Under the pieces are notes generated by a model. The model had not been told where the DNA came from, searched no databases, and saw only the letters and a list, made by a program, of their open reading frames with translations. Shown here in pieces: positions 8,046-17,755 of a stretch of DNA of 60,553 bases. This DNA is from a virus (lineage: Duplodnaviria > Caudoviricetes), in IMG/VR virus record IMGVR_UViG_3300030372_003986, positions 1 through 60,553 of that record, one strand, 5' to 3'. The number at the start of each line of letters is the position of its first letter. The first letter of the stretch is position 1. A program made the translations under genes and the position numbers.

Positions 8046-8441
8046 GTGAAAAATATAATAGAACATTACCTAACCCATCATTTAAGTGTAGAACAAATCG
8101 AATCTCTTTACGAGAAAACTTTTGGGAATCCAATAAACCATTATCCAAGTATGGAAGTATCTCAAATGATAGATGAGATTGCAGAAGAATCACGAAACTT
8201 ATTTCTTAAAGATGTATCAAGCGAAGATTTAAGACAAGAGTTAGAACTACGAGGATACTACACCAACAATTTATGGCACACACAAGATGTCACCAACAAT
8301 CATAACATTTTAGATGAGGATGCTATGGAAGTATTGGATAGTGTAATGCAAGGTGAATGGTTGGTTGAAAACATCTTTGGATTAATTAATGACAAAGTTA
8401 CTGATGTAATTTTTGATGAAGTAAAAACTAAAAACCAATAA
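8046..8441 (+). CDS. Hypothetical acidic protein
   Basis: ORF in early operon. Confidence 0.6.
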   Translation: MKNIIEHYLTHHLSVEQIESLYEKTFGNPINHYPSMEVSQMIDEIAEESRNLFLKDVSSEDLRQELELRGYYTNNLWHTQDVTNNHNILDEDAMEVLDSVMQGEWLVENIFGLINDKVTDVIFDEVKTKNQ

Positions 8442-8443
8442 TT

Positions 8444-8635
8444 ATGAATTTAGACGAATTAAAAAACCAATTACAAGAAGACAACAGAATTAATTTAATT
8501 ATAGATAAACAAGAATTAGATTATATAACTATGCTAATAGAACAAAACTTAGAGGATAATCCACAAGAATATGGAGAACTCCATACACAAATGTTGGAGG
8601 ACTTAAATAATAAACTAACAATCTTAAACAAATAG
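8444..8635 (+). CDS. Hypothetical protein
   Basis: Tightly packed ORF. Confidence 0.55.
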   Translation: MNLDELKNQLQEDNRINLIIDKQELDYITMLIEQNLEDNPQEYGELHTQMLEDLNNKLTILNK

Positions 8636-8640
8636 AAATT

Positions 8641-8820
8641 ATGGACAAAGACACCAAATATATAGTGTTGCCAAATGGCGACTATATACAAATAAAATTT
8701 GAATTAGAAGGAATAGTATACGATAGATTCGATAAAGATGATGAACATCAAGAATCATATGGATACGACTTTTATACTGACATTGCTGACATAAATTTAC
8801 TTATTAATAAAAACAAATAG
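8641..8820 (+). CDS. Small hypothetical protein (59 aa, not in ORF track)
   Basis: MDKDTKYIVLPNGDY...; bounded by junction repeats. Confidence 0.55.
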   Translation: MDKDTKYIVLPNGDYIQIKFELEGIVYDRFDKDDEHQESYGYDFYTDIADINLLINKNK

Positions 8821-8825
8821 AAACT

Positions 8826-8993
8826 ATGGAAGAACAAATTAAAATTTTAGAAGATTGTATTGTAGTAATCGAAAATTGGAAATGGAATATGTATGCGGAT
8901 GATGATGAGGTAGGTGTTGCAGTAGAATCAATCAAAGATGTAATTAAAGAATTAAAAGAATATCAATTAAAAAATATACATATTATAAAATAA
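8826..8993 (+). CDS. Small hypothetical protein (55 aa, not in ORF track)
   Basis: MEEQIKILEDCIVV...; starts within a junction repeat. Confidence 0.5.
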   Translation: MEEQIKILEDCIVVIENWKWNMYADDDEVGVAVESIKDVIKELKEYQLKNIHIIK

Positions 8994-9024
8994 TATAGTT
9001 AAAAAAAAATAACAAATAGAAACT

Positions 9025-9330
9025 ATGGGAATACATATAACTAAAGACAATTTTGTATGGTTAGATATAACTAACAAAATGAAAAAAGCAAAAGGAAATG
9101 AGCGAGATGAAATATGGGTAGGCAACGAAATATTTGCTCTGCACGATGATGATTCAGAATCTCTAATTGAATCACACGAAGAATTAGAAGAGGCAATAAA
9201 TTTAGGACTCAAAATAGGAATAGAAGTTGGGCATATTCCTACTCCCACTTTACAAAATTGGTCAACGATAGATAAGAAATTAATAGATGGGTTTTGGTAC
9301 GCAAAAATAAGTGAACTAAAACTTGCATAA
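9025..9330 (+). CDS. Hypothetical protein
   Basis: ORF with leader repeat. Confidence 0.65.
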   Translation: MGIHITKDNFVWLDITNKMKKAKGNERDEIWVGNEIFALHDDDSESLIESHEELEEAINLGLKIGIEVGHIPTPTLQNWSTIDKKLIDGFWYAKISELKLA

Positions 9331-9377
9331 CTAAAGGAAATATACTATTTTTATACAAACATTAAACATTAAATATT

Positions 9378-9566
9378 ATGACATTAAGTAAAATGGAACT
9401 AGCAATAATAAGATATACCGAAAGCAATGGAAGGACGTATATAGTTGACATTACAAATGATGTTGACAAGTGGATAGTCGATAACAATTCTACTAGGGAT
9501 GAAGACCAACAAGAAAAATTATCTGACTTTAATATAGAATATAAATCAATTAAACTTTATAAATAA
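9378..9566 (+). CDS. Hypothetical protein
   Basis: TAATG-coupled to the next gene. Confidence 0.55.
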   Translation: MTLSKMELAIIRYTESNGRTYIVDITNDVDKWIVDNNSTRDEDQQEKLSDFNIEYKSIKLYK

Positions 9567-9859
9567 TGAAAGTAAAAATTCAAAACCGAAGTGTCTACCA
9601 CAAATTTGCAGAAGTAGAAATAGAAGTAGACAAAGATGACTTGGAGCATTTCAAACTTGACAATGGGAAATACACCAACATCGTAGATTATTTAGAACAC
9701 AACTCCCATCTTTATGATGAGCAGATAGATAAGGCTATAAGTGACGCAGAGTATGTACACGGAACGGGTTTATATGATTTTAAAGGAATGGATGATGCAG
9801 AGTCAGATAGCGAATGGAGATTCGAGTGTGATGAACTTAAAACAGGAGGACACTTATAA
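9566..9859 (+). CDS. Hypothetical acidic protein
   Basis: Translationally coupled on both sides. Confidence 0.65.
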   Translation: MKVKIQNRSVYHKFAEVEIEVDKDDLEHFKLDNGKYTNIVDYLEHNSHLYDEQIDKAISDAEYVHGTGLYDFKGMDDAESDSEWRFECDELKTGGHL

Positions 9860-10113
9860 TGGCAACACTAATCAAATCAAACGGAAATAAAATAGAAAAC
9901 TTTAATCACAAAGGTTTAGAGGCAAAACAAAAAGCAGTAGGTGGATACATTGAGGTTGTGTACACTCACAAGTATGTAATCTATGTAAATGAAGATGGAA
10001 TAAACAAACGTCTTCCACTTAATTTAGAAGTGTCAGCGTTAGTTGGCAGGTACATACTTGGAGATGCATTAGTTATGACTCATAAAGAATCCCGTGAAGA
10101 AGATGAAAAATAA
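9859..10113 (+). CDS. DUF3846-like protein
   Basis: QKAVGGYIE...VNEDG...LPLN...ILGDAL. Confidence 0.65.
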   Translation: MATLIKSNGNKIENFNHKGLEAKQKAVGGYIEVVYTHKYVIYVNEDGINKRLPLNLEVSALVGRYILGDALVMTHKESREEDEK

Positions 10114-10130
10114 AAAACAAAATAAAAAAG

Positions 10131-10186
10131 AAACCGTCACCCCATCCAAGACAGTAAGTTTTACATTGGCTTGTATGGGAAGGTTT
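10131..10186 (+). other. Long imperfect intergenic hairpin
   Basis: Nested pairs AAACC/GGTTT, CCCAT/ATGGG, CAAG/CTTG. Confidence 0.45.
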
Positions 10187-10219
10187 TACGTTATTTACTT
10201 TAATTAAAATCAAATAAAA

Positions 10220-10570
10220 ATGAAATCAATTTATCTTAAAGAGGCAAACTCTGAAAAATTGCGACACAAATCAGACAGGGGATATATTACTCGGATGCAC
10301 CAACTATCTGATAATAAAACTCCTTTTACTTTAAGTGTCTTCAAAGACACAGGAAGATTAACTCCTATAGAATTATACAAAACCCATTATCCTGATATAG
10401 AATTGCATAAAGATTGCAACGGTGTAATGGTATATATATGTGGAACTTATATCGAACTTATGAAAGATGGAGTATGGATTTTACATCTTGGTGGAGAACA
10501 AATAGAATCAAAAGATATTACACAATTAGAATCTAAATTATTTAAATGGTTAAAAAACGAAATCAAATGA
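10220..10570 (+). CDS. Hypothetical protein (palindrome at 10335-10350 inside)
   Basis: 116-aa ORF. Confidence 0.65.
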   Translation: MKSIYLKEANSEKLRHKSDRGYITRMHQLSDNKTPFTLSVFKDTGRLTPIELYKTHYPDIELHKDCNGVMVYICGTYIELMKDGVWILHLGGEQIESKDITQLESKLFKWLKNEIK

Positions 10571-10842
10571 AAACCGAAGAATTAATTAAAGAAGAGGCGA
10601 GAAAAATAGTAATGCTCCTTCTTGAAAAAAACAAAGCATACGGGGATACTGCAAACAATCCTCCTAAAATATTTAGCAAATTAGATGCGGTTGAAGGTTT
10701 GTGTGCAAGAATAGACGACAAACTTTCTCGAATTAAAATGCGAGGAATAACTGACGCAACTGAAGATAGTGTCAGCGACTTAATCGGATACCTAATTTTA
10801 TTAAAAGTGCAATTAAAAAATAATAAAAATTTGGACAAGTAA
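10567..10842 (+). CDS. Nucleotide-modification-associated (Nmad1/DUF1599-like) protein
   Basis: KNKAYGD...RIDDKLSR...EDSVSDLIGYLIL; probable start MKTEE at an ATGA overlap. Confidence 0.65.
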   Translation: MKTEELIKEEARKIVMLLLEKNKAYGDTANNPPKIFSKLDAVEGLCARIDDKLSRIKMRGITDATEDSVSDLIGYLILLKVQLKNNKNLDK

Positions 10843-10884
10843 TAAACATTGTGTATATTTACACACTAATTAAAATCAAATCAA

Positions 10885-11088
10885 ATGTCAAAATCAAAAC
10901 AACTATTTACGGAGTCAAGAGAATCCGAAGTGCAGACAAATTTTGATAATGGAGAGTTTCTCCACAATCAATGGATGAGTCATTTAGAGGCACAAAAAAA
11001 TCACAAGTCAAATCAGGCGGTAGATATATTAAATGAACTTTTTGTTTCATTTGGAAATATCTATGGCTTAAAAAAACAATCAAAATGA
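10885..11088 (+). CDS. Hypothetical protein
   Basis: Preceded by a promoter-like TTTG...TATATTTA. Confidence 0.6.
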   Translation: MSKSKQLFTESRESEVQTNFDNGEFLHNQWMSHLEAQKNHKSNQAVDILNELFVSFGNIYGLKKQSK

Positions 11089-11372
11089 AAAAGGGAATAT
11101 TTGAAGATTATGTAAAAAAGGTTCTTGCCTTATTTTGTATATCAAAAGAAGATTTGTTTGCTAAATCTAAACGTAGAGATTTGGTAGATGCAAGACACTT
11201 ACTATATTATTTGTGTTACCATAGACCAATGCAGATTAGATATATCCAAAACTATATGGCAGAAAATGGATATAAGGTTGGACATTCATCTATCATTCAC
11301 GGAATCAATCAAGTGTCTGAAAAAGCAAATGAAGATAAAGATTATGAAACTGTGTGTCAAAGTTTGACATAA
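11085..11372 (+). CDS. DnaA C-terminal (domain IV)-like HTH protein
   Basis: SKRRDLVDARHLLYYLC...GHSSIIHG. Confidence 0.7.
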   Translation: MKKGIFEDYVKKVLALFCISKEDLFAKSKRRDLVDARHLLYYLCYHRPMQIRYIQNYMAENGYKVGHSSIIHGINQVSEKANEDKDYETVCQSLT

Positions 11373-11383
11373 ATTCAATAACA

Positions 11384-11803
11384 ATGTACACATTAGAAGA
11401 TATAATGCAACAAGCAACTGAAGATGAATACGCTACAATTGTAGATGGAAATAATATTATTTCTCGTCTTCTATATGGATGCAAAATATCTAAAGACCTA
11501 ATAACAGGAAAAATAGAAATACTTAATACTGCAAAAGGAGGTGAATGGTATTCAAAATTAACAACGGCAGAATTAAATTATTTTTTTGAATTTGGTTGGA
11601 GAATTGGTGTGTATGAATTATCTTTGTCTAATTATCGTACAAAACTTGACAGGGTTGAACGATTAATAAAAGCAGAAATAAACGGTAGGAGAAACCCAAA
11701 ACAAATTATCTCACTAAAAGCATCACGAGAAAATATAATGAATCGTTATGCTAAAATTAAACAAAAGTATAATCAAATTAAATCAAAACATTATGACCAC
11801 TAA
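11384..11803 (+). CDS. Hypothetical protein
   Basis: ORF; probable start MYTLED. Confidence 0.6.
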   Translation: MYTLEDIMQQATEDEYATIVDGNNIISRLLYGCKISKDLITGKIEILNTAKGGEWYSKLTTAELNYFFEFGWRIGVYELSLSNYRTKLDRVERLIKAEINGRRNPKQIISLKASRENIMNRYAKIKQKYNQIKSKHYDH

Positions 11804-12335
11804 ATTAAAAACAGTAAACATTAAAGGAAAGGCATATGTAGAAGTAAACGAAAGATTGCGTTACTTTAGACACACATATCCAAATTATTCATTAACATCT
11901 GAAGTTTTAGAAAAAACTGAAAACTCCATTTTAATTCTTGCGTCTATTCTTAATGAAGAGGGTAGAGTCATAGCAACAGGTATGGCGGAAGAAGAAAAGG
12001 GAAGTACCTTTATTAATAAAACATCTTATGTAGAAAACTGCGAAACATCTGCGTGGGGAAGAGCATTAGGAAATCTTGGAATAGGTTTAGAATCTTCAGT
12101 AGCATCTGCCGAAGATGTACAAAATGCAATTGCCAATCAAAACAAAGAAGTGTCTTCAAAGACACCTAAAGAAACAACTAAAATTAAATTAGAATTAGAT
12201 TCTGATAATTGGGTAAAAGCATTAAAATGGATTAGTGCTAATAAAGAAATGGGGTTAACTAAAATAGTTAAAACACTACAACAAAAGTATTCCGTACCTA
12301 ATATAGTTAAAGCAGAAATCAAAAAAAATATATAA
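11793..12335 (+). CDS. Putative single-strand annealing protein (Rad52/Sak-like)
   Basis: IKGKAYVEVNERL...VENCETSAWGRAL; upstream of exonuclease and SSB; palindrome at 12150. Confidence 0.6.
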   Translation: MTTKLKTVNIKGKAYVEVNERLRYFRHTYPNYSLTSEVLEKTENSILILASILNEEGRVIATGMAEEEKGSTFINKTSYVENCETSAWGRALGNLGIGLESSVASAEDVQNAIANQNKEVSSKTPKETTKIKLELDSDNWVKALKWISANKEMGLTKIVKTLQQKYSVPNIVKAEIKKNI

Positions 12336-12336
12336 G

Positions 12337-13071
12337 ATGAACGCAGAGATATTAGAGCAACTTAAAAATGATGATGAATACTACAATGGTCTTGGAAGAC
12401 AGTTTTTATCTAATTCAGACATTGGTGCATTATTAAAAAATCCAAAAGAGTTTGGTGTTAAAAGAAAAGATTCCAAAGAGTTTGCAATGGGTAGATATTT
12501 CCATCAGTTATTTCTCGAACCCGACAAGGCAAAGAAGGTTAAACATATTGATGTGTCATCAAGAGCAACTAAAAAATATAAAGAATCTCTTGCTGAAATT
12601 CAAAAAGAACTTATTCTTTTAACTAAAGAAAAAGAAGAGGTAGAGTTATGGGTGGACACTATGAAAACAAACTTTGACTTTTTCAATTACATCAATAATG
12701 AAAAAAATAAATATGAAGTACCTGCCGTTACTGAACTTTGTGGAGAACTATGGAAAGGTAAGGCAGATATAGTAGGCGAAGATTTTTTATTCGATTTGAA
12801 AACAACATCAAATATTAATGATTTTCGTTGGAACTTTCGTAAGTATAATTACGATAGTCAAGCATATATTTATTCTTCTTTATTCAAAAAACCAATGATG
12901 TTTCTCGTTCTTGATAAAACAAGTTTAATGATGGGAGCATATACCGTTAGTCAAGAGAGTTTAGACAGGGGAAAAGATAAGGTAGAAAGAGCAGTAGAGG
13001 TTTATCAAAAATTTTATGGCGACAATCCTACTGAAGATATTAACCAATATTATTTTTATGAGGAAATTTAA
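12337..13071 (+). CDS. PD-(D/E)XK exonuclease (RecE/ExoVIII, DUF3799-like)
   Basis: LSNSDI, GRYFH...LEP, KGKAD...DLKTT, YDSQAYIY. Confidence 0.8.
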   Translation: MNAEILEQLKNDDEYYNGLGRQFLSNSDIGALLKNPKEFGVKRKDSKEFAMGRYFHQLFLEPDKAKKVKHIDVSSRATKKYKESLAEIQKELILLTKEKEEVELWVDTMKTNFDFFNYINNEKNKYEVPAVTELCGELWKGKADIVGEDFLFDLKTTSNINDFRWNFRKYNYDSQAYIYSSLFKKPMMFLVLDKTSLMMGAYTVSQESLDRGKDKVERAVEVYQKFYGDNPTEDINQYYFYEEI

Positions 13072-13225
13072 GAAGATATTAGTGTCTTTGAAGACACGAA
13101 TATTTAAAACACACCGAGTATTAAGAGTGGATGTTCCAAACACTTGCAATACTCGTGCCGAGAAGAGTCAAATCATCAAGGCAACTATTAGTTTTTTGGA
13201 ACACAAAATTTTAATAAATAATTAA
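13058..13225 (+). CDS. Small basic hypothetical protein (palindrome at 13082)
   Basis: Fills the gap before the SSB; probable start MRKFKK. Confidence 0.45.
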   Translation: MRKFKKILVSLKTRIFKTHRVLRVDVPNTCNTRAEKSQIIKATISFLEHKILINN

Positions 13226-13227
13226 TT

Positions 13228-13494
13228 ATGACACAAAAAGAAAAAGTGTTTGCGGATGGATTTAGTTTCAAACGTAGAGAAAATGCTCCTGACTTTGTAG
13301 TAGGGAGAGTTAGTGTAAAATGTGATGATGCAATCGCATTTCTAAAACAACACCAAAAGAATGGTTGGGTTAATCTGAATATTAATCAGGCAAAGTCACT
13401 TTCATATTATATGGAACTTGATACATTTGAACCTAAAAAGGAAACGGAAACTGCTCCACCAAAAGAGGCAGAAACCGAAGACCTACCTTTCTAA
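13228..13494 (+). CDS. Putative single-stranded DNA-binding protein
   Basis: Acidic C-terminus EDLPF; recombination context. Confidence 0.6.
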   Translation: MTQKEKVFADGFSFKRRENAPDFVVGRVSVKCDDAIAFLKQHQKNGWVNLNINQAKSLSYYMELDTFEPKKETETAPPKEAETEDLPF

Positions 13495-13500
13495 ATTAGA

Positions 13501-13525
13501 GGAGGAGGAAACTCCTCCTTTTTTT
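13501..13525 (+). terminator. Intrinsic terminator
   Basis: GGAGGAG-gaaa-CTCCTCC-T7. Confidence 0.9.
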
Positions 13526-13535
13526 GCTCATTGAG

Positions 13536-13679
13536 ATGCTGACTTTTGTTTTCTTTATCTATCATTATCTTTTATTTTATTATTTTATTTTTTTTCATAC
13601 GATAGAAAAAAGTTAACAAAGTTAGCAACTCATTGATAATCAGACACAAACTTAGCAGAAAGTTAACATCAACTCAACA
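13536..13679. repeat. Iteron-like array 2 / putative replication origin
   Basis: Units at 13610, 13619, 13649, 13660, 13671; inverted unit at 13536; AT-rich tract; directly upstream of primase. Confidence 0.65.
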
Positions 13680-13693
13680 TTAAAATTAAATTT

Positions 13694-16108
13694 ATGACAT
13701 CAAAAATAACAATCTTCCGAAACATCAAGTCAACGGATGCTCCGTTTTACAGGGAAGTTGAAGCCATTATAGACAGGATAAAAAATGGTGCTTCAAAGGA
13801 ATTAGTAAAAAGAATTAGGTTAGAAAAAAAGAAATCTGACCGTAACGAACTTAAAAAACAACTTCCTGCGATTTGTTTTAGTGGAACATTTACAAAGCGT
13901 AATGATAACTCAATTCAAGAACATTCAGGATTAATCTGCTTGGATTTTGATGGTTACGACAAAAGTAAAGAACTTTTACAAGACAAAGAAAACATAACTA
14001 AATCTCCATACACCTATTCAGTATTTGTTTCTCCATCAGGCAGAGGCTTAAAGGTTTTAGTTAAAATACCTCAAGATGTAGATAATCACGTTCATTACTT
14101 TAACAGTTTACAAAAACATTTTAATAATGAGAAGTTTGATGTAACCTGTAAAAATTTATCTCGTGTGTGTTACGAATCATACGACCCCTTGATATACGTA
14201 AATGAGAACTCTTCTTTATGGGATAAAATAGATGAAAGAGAATACCAAGAAAAACATCAATATAGAGATGCTCCAACTCTTCCTATTACTGATGAAAATA
14301 AAATTGTAGAGATATTAACGAAATGGTGGACTAAAAAATATCCAATGGAGGAAGGACAAAGAAACCACAATTGTTATGTCCTTGCTTCAGCCTTTAATGA
14401 TTTTGGAATTAATAAATCACTTGCCGGTTATATTCTTTCTAATTATCAAACACAATCTTTTAATGAGAGAGAAATAAATAGAACTATAGATTCGGCTTAT
14501 GCTAATACTCAAAACTTTGGAACTAAATATTATGAAGATGAAGAAAGAGTAAATAATCTAAAAATAAAACTAAAGCGTGGTGCATCAAAAAAAGAACTCC
14601 GTCATTCATTAGAAGAATCCCAAGTGGATGGCGATATAATAGAGGCAGTTTTAACTCGTATAGATGAAGAGGCACAAGAAACTCAGTTTTGGACTAAAAA
14701 TGAAAAGGGAGTAATTAAAATAATTCATATACTATTTAAGCAGTTTTTGGAAGACAATGGATTCTATAAATATTGCCCTGAAGGAAGTAAGAATTATGTA
14801 TTTGTAAAAGTAACAAACAATCTTATTGACCACACCGATGAAAAAGAAATAAAAGATTTTATTCTAAATCACTTAATAGAAATAGATGATTTAAGTATCT
14901 ATAATTATTTTGCAGACCATACTCGTTTTTTCAAAGAAGAGTTTCTAACCCTATTGTCTACAATTGATATCTATTTTATTCAAGACAATAAAGACACCTC
15001 TTATCTATATTATAGAAACTGTGCAGTTAAGATAACTAAAAAAGAAGTAGTTATGATTGATTATATTGATTTAGGAGGGTATGTTTGGAAAGACCACGTT
15101 ATTGATAGAAACTTTACTTTGTGTTCTCCAACTACTGATTATGCAACCTTTATTAAAAACATATGTAATTCTGAAGAAGATAGGGTGAAGTCAATGGAAT
15201 CAACAATTGGATTTTTAATGCACGGACATAAAAATTTATCTTATTGCCCTGCGGTTATTTTAAACGATGAGGTTATCTCTGACAATCCTGAAGGTGGAAC
15301 AGGTAAAGGAATCTTTATGAATGCCTTAGCACAAATGAAAAAAGTAGTTACTATTGATGGTAAGTCTTTTACGTTTGAGAGAAGTTTTGCTTATCAGCTT
15401 GTTTCAGCAGACACACAAATTCTTGTGTTTGATGATGTAAGAAAGCACTTTGATTTTGAAAGATTATTTAGTGTGGTGACTGAAGGATTAACTCTTGAAA
15501 AGAAAAATAAAGATGCCATTAAAATTCCATTTGAAAAGTCACCGAAGATATCTATAACAACCAACTATGCAATAAAAGGAAGTGGTAATTCTTTTGCTCG
15601 AAGAAAATGGGAACTTGAATTACATCAACATTATCAAAAGAATTTTACTCCTATAGATGAATTTGGTAAATTATTATTTGGGGATTGGAATGATGATGAA
15701 TGGTGTGCGTTTGATAATTATATGGTTCAATGTTTACAAGGATATCTAAACACAGGATTAGTTGAAAGCAAATTTGTTAATCTAAAAATTAGACAATTAT
15801 CTGCCGAAACTTCTCACGACTTTATTGAGTGGTGTGGTTTAATAAATGGTAGTGAAAAAAATCCTTTACTACAAAATGATATTAGAATAAATCTACAAGA
15901 GTGTTATCTTGATTATATAGAACAGTATCCCGATTATGCTCCTAAATCTAAATTAACACTAAGCAGAATTAGATTTAACAAATGGATGTCTGCTTTTGCA
16001 GTTTATAAATCAGGAGTTTCACCACAAGAAGGGAGAGATGAAAAAGGAAGATGGATGAGAATAAAACCAATAGAGGAAATTAATATTCAATCCAAACTCA
16101 ATGTATAA
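13694..16108 (+). CDS. Primase-helicase (BT4734/VirE-N-like AEP + PriCT + SF3-like helicase)
   Basis: KKQLPAICFSG, SGLICLDFD, SPSGRGLK, EGQRN, GGTGKG Walker A, VFDD, ITTN. Confidence 0.85.
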   Translation: MTSKITIFRNIKSTDAPFYREVEAIIDRIKNGASKELVKRIRLEKKKSDRNELKKQLPAICFSGTFTKRNDNSIQEHSGLICLDFDGYDKSKELLQDKENITKSPYTYSVFVSPSGRGLKVLVKIPQDVDNHVHYFNSLQKHFNNEKFDVTCKNLSRVCYESYDPLIYVNENSSLWDKIDEREYQEKHQYRDAPTLPITDENKIVEILTKWWTKKYPMEEGQRNHNCYVLASAFNDFGINKSLAGYILSNYQTQSFNEREINRTIDSAYANTQNFGTKYYEDEERVNNLKIKLKRGASKKELRHSLEESQVDGDIIEAVLTRIDEEAQETQFWTKNEKGVIKIIHILFKQFLEDNGFYKYCPEGSKNYVFVKVTNNLIDHTDEKEIKDFILNHLIEIDDLSIYNYFADHTRFFKEEFLTLLSTIDIYFIQDNKDTSYLYYRNCAVKITKKEVVMIDYIDLGGYVWKDHVIDRNFTLCSPTTDYATFIKNICNSEEDRVKSMESTIGFLMHGHKNLSYCPAVILNDEVISDNPEGGTGKGIFMNALAQMKKVVTIDGKSFTFERSFAYQLVSADTQILVFDDVRKHFDFERLFSVVTEGLTLEKKNKDAIKIPFEKSPKISITTNYAIKGSGNSFARRKWELELHQHYQKNFTPIDEFGKLLFGDWNDDEWCAFDNYMVQCLQGYLNTGLVESKFVNLKIRQLSAETSHDFIEWCGLINGSEKNPLLQNDIRINLQECYLDYIEQYPDYAPKSKLTLSRIRFNKWMSAFAVYKSGVSPQEGRDEKGRWMRIKPIEEINIQSKLNV

Positions 16109-16346
16109 TATTCATCAAGCAATGAATAACACCTATAATATTTTAATGGGTTATAGAACACTAAAAGATTTAGTTTTAAAAAATGAAGGATATTTTATAT
16201 TTAATCCTGAAGAACCTGTGTCTTTAAAGACACTTGAAACTTTGCTAAATTATTTTGCTGACGAAGAAGAATATGATAAATGTATTGAAATTAAAAAACT
16301 AATTAAAGATGGCGAAATTATTGGGAGAGACTTACGCAAGAACTGA
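16101..16346 (+). CDS. Hypothetical protein (palindrome at 16218)
   Basis: YFADEEEYDKC motif. Confidence 0.6.
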   Translation: MYNIHQAMNNTYNILMGYRTLKDLVLKNEGYFIFNPEEPVSLKTLETLLNYFADEEEYDKCIEIKKLIKDGEIIGRDLRKN

Positions 16347-16557
16347 TTGCGACCACTTAAAACAACTACACATTTTGAAACGAGTTATGTTTCAAACGTA
16401 TAAAAGAAAAATAGGAAGAGGAAAACAAGCAACTTATGTAGAAGAATTTAAGTGGCAACAAGAGGGGGATGATGAAGTGAGAGAGAATATATTATACTCA
16501 ATTAAAATTTTTGAAAAGAGATGTTTAGATTTAGAGAATACCAAAAAAAAATTATAA
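16309..16557 (+). CDS. Hypothetical protein
   Basis: Overlapping operon ORF. Confidence 0.55.
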   Translation: MAKLLGETYARTDCDHLKQLHILKRVMFQTYKRKIGRGKQATYVEEFKWQQEGDDEVRENILYSIKIFEKRCLDLENTKKKL

Positions 16558-17753
16558 TAGATGCAATACCTATACTAAAAAAACATAGGTTTATTTATCT
16601 CGCAATGGAGGTAAGAACAGGTAAAACTTTTACAAGTTTAGGTATAGCACAACAGGTACAGGCAAGGAATGTTTTATTCTTAACTAAAAAGAAAGCCATA
16701 AAAAGTATTGAAGATGATTACAATCAATTAAATCCAACCTTTACTCTTTGTGTTATTAATTACGAAAGCATTCACAAAGCTCCAAAAGTTAAGTGGGATT
16801 TTATAATAATAGACGAGGCACATACTTTGGGAGCATTCCCTAAACCAAGTAAACGTGCAAAGCAGGTAAAAGAAATTATAAAAAACCAAAGTCCATATGT
16901 GTGTTTGATGTCAGGAACCCCAACACCTGAGAGTTACAGTCAAATGTATCATCAGGTGTATGGGATTCCGTCAAATCCATTTAAGGACTATGTAAGTTTT
17001 TATAAGTTTGCTAAAGATTATGTAAACGTAAAACAAAGAAAAATCAATTCTTTATATGTCAATGATTATTCAAGAGGACTAACTAAAATTCTTGATAAAA
17101 TAAAGCCAATGACTATTTCTTTTACACAAAAAGAGGCAGGTTTTGTAAATAATATTAATGAAGAAGTGTTAGAAGTAGAGATGGTTTCTCGGACCTATGA
17201 AACCGCATCATCTCTTAAAAAACATAGAGTGGTTGAAGGAAAGGATGAGGTTATACTTGGTGATACTCCTGCTAAATTAATGCAGAAACTCCATCAACTG
17301 TATTCAGGAACAATAAAGTTTGAAAGCGGAAACTCAATGATATTAGATTATAGTAAAGCTATCTACATAAAACAAAAGTTTAAGTTCCAAAAAATTGCAA
17401 TATTTTATAAATTTAGAGAAGAGTATAATGCATTAAAAGAGGTATTTAAGGATAAGTTATGTAATTCTCTTGAAGAATTTACAACCACCGATAAAAATAT
17501 AGCGTTACAAATAGTAAGTGGTAGAGAAGGAATATCATTAAGACAAGCACAAGCGTTAGTGTACTATAATATAGATTTTAGTGCTACAAGTTATTGGCAA
17601 AGTCGAGATAGGATGACAACAAAAGATAGAACGAATAGCAAGGTGTATTGGATTTTTGCTAAAGGAGGTATAGAAAAAGAAATTTATAAAGCCGTTATAA
17701 AAAAGAAAGATTATACTGTACGTCACTTTAAAAATGATTTCCTAAATTTGTAG
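16521..17753 (+). CDS. SF2 (SNF2-like) helicase
   Basis: FREYQ, RTGKT, IIDEAH, SGTP, GREGISL, QSRDR. Confidence 0.88.
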   Translation: MFRFREYQKKIIIDAIPILKKHRFIYLAMEVRTGKTFTSLGIAQQVQARNVLFLTKKKAIKSIEDDYNQLNPTFTLCVINYESIHKAPKVKWDFIIIDEAHTLGAFPKPSKRAKQVKEIIKNQSPYVCLMSGTPTPESYSQMYHQVYGIPSNPFKDYVSFYKFAKDYVNVKQRKINSLYVNDYSRGLTKILDKIKPMTISFTQKEAGFVNNINEEVLEVEMVSRTYETASSLKKHRVVEGKDEVILGDTPAKLMQKLHQLYSGTIKFESGNSMILDYSKAIYIKQKFKFQKIAIFYKFREEYNALKEVFKDKLCNSLEEFTTTDKNIALQIVSGREGISLRQAQALVYYNIDFSATSYWQSRDRMTTKDRTNSKVYWIFAKGGIEKEIYKAVIKKKDYTVRHFKNDFLNL

Positions 17754-17755
17754 TT

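Larger units (their letters stand above)
8626..9028 (+). repeat. Three gene-junction direct repeats AACAAATAGAAA[TC]TATGG
   Basis: Copies at 8627, 8812, 9011, each ending in a start codon. Confidence 0.75.

Noticed and set aside
14290-14300. Additional CTGATGA as a third hammerhead core
   Set aside because: Inside the primase CDS, without flanking stems.
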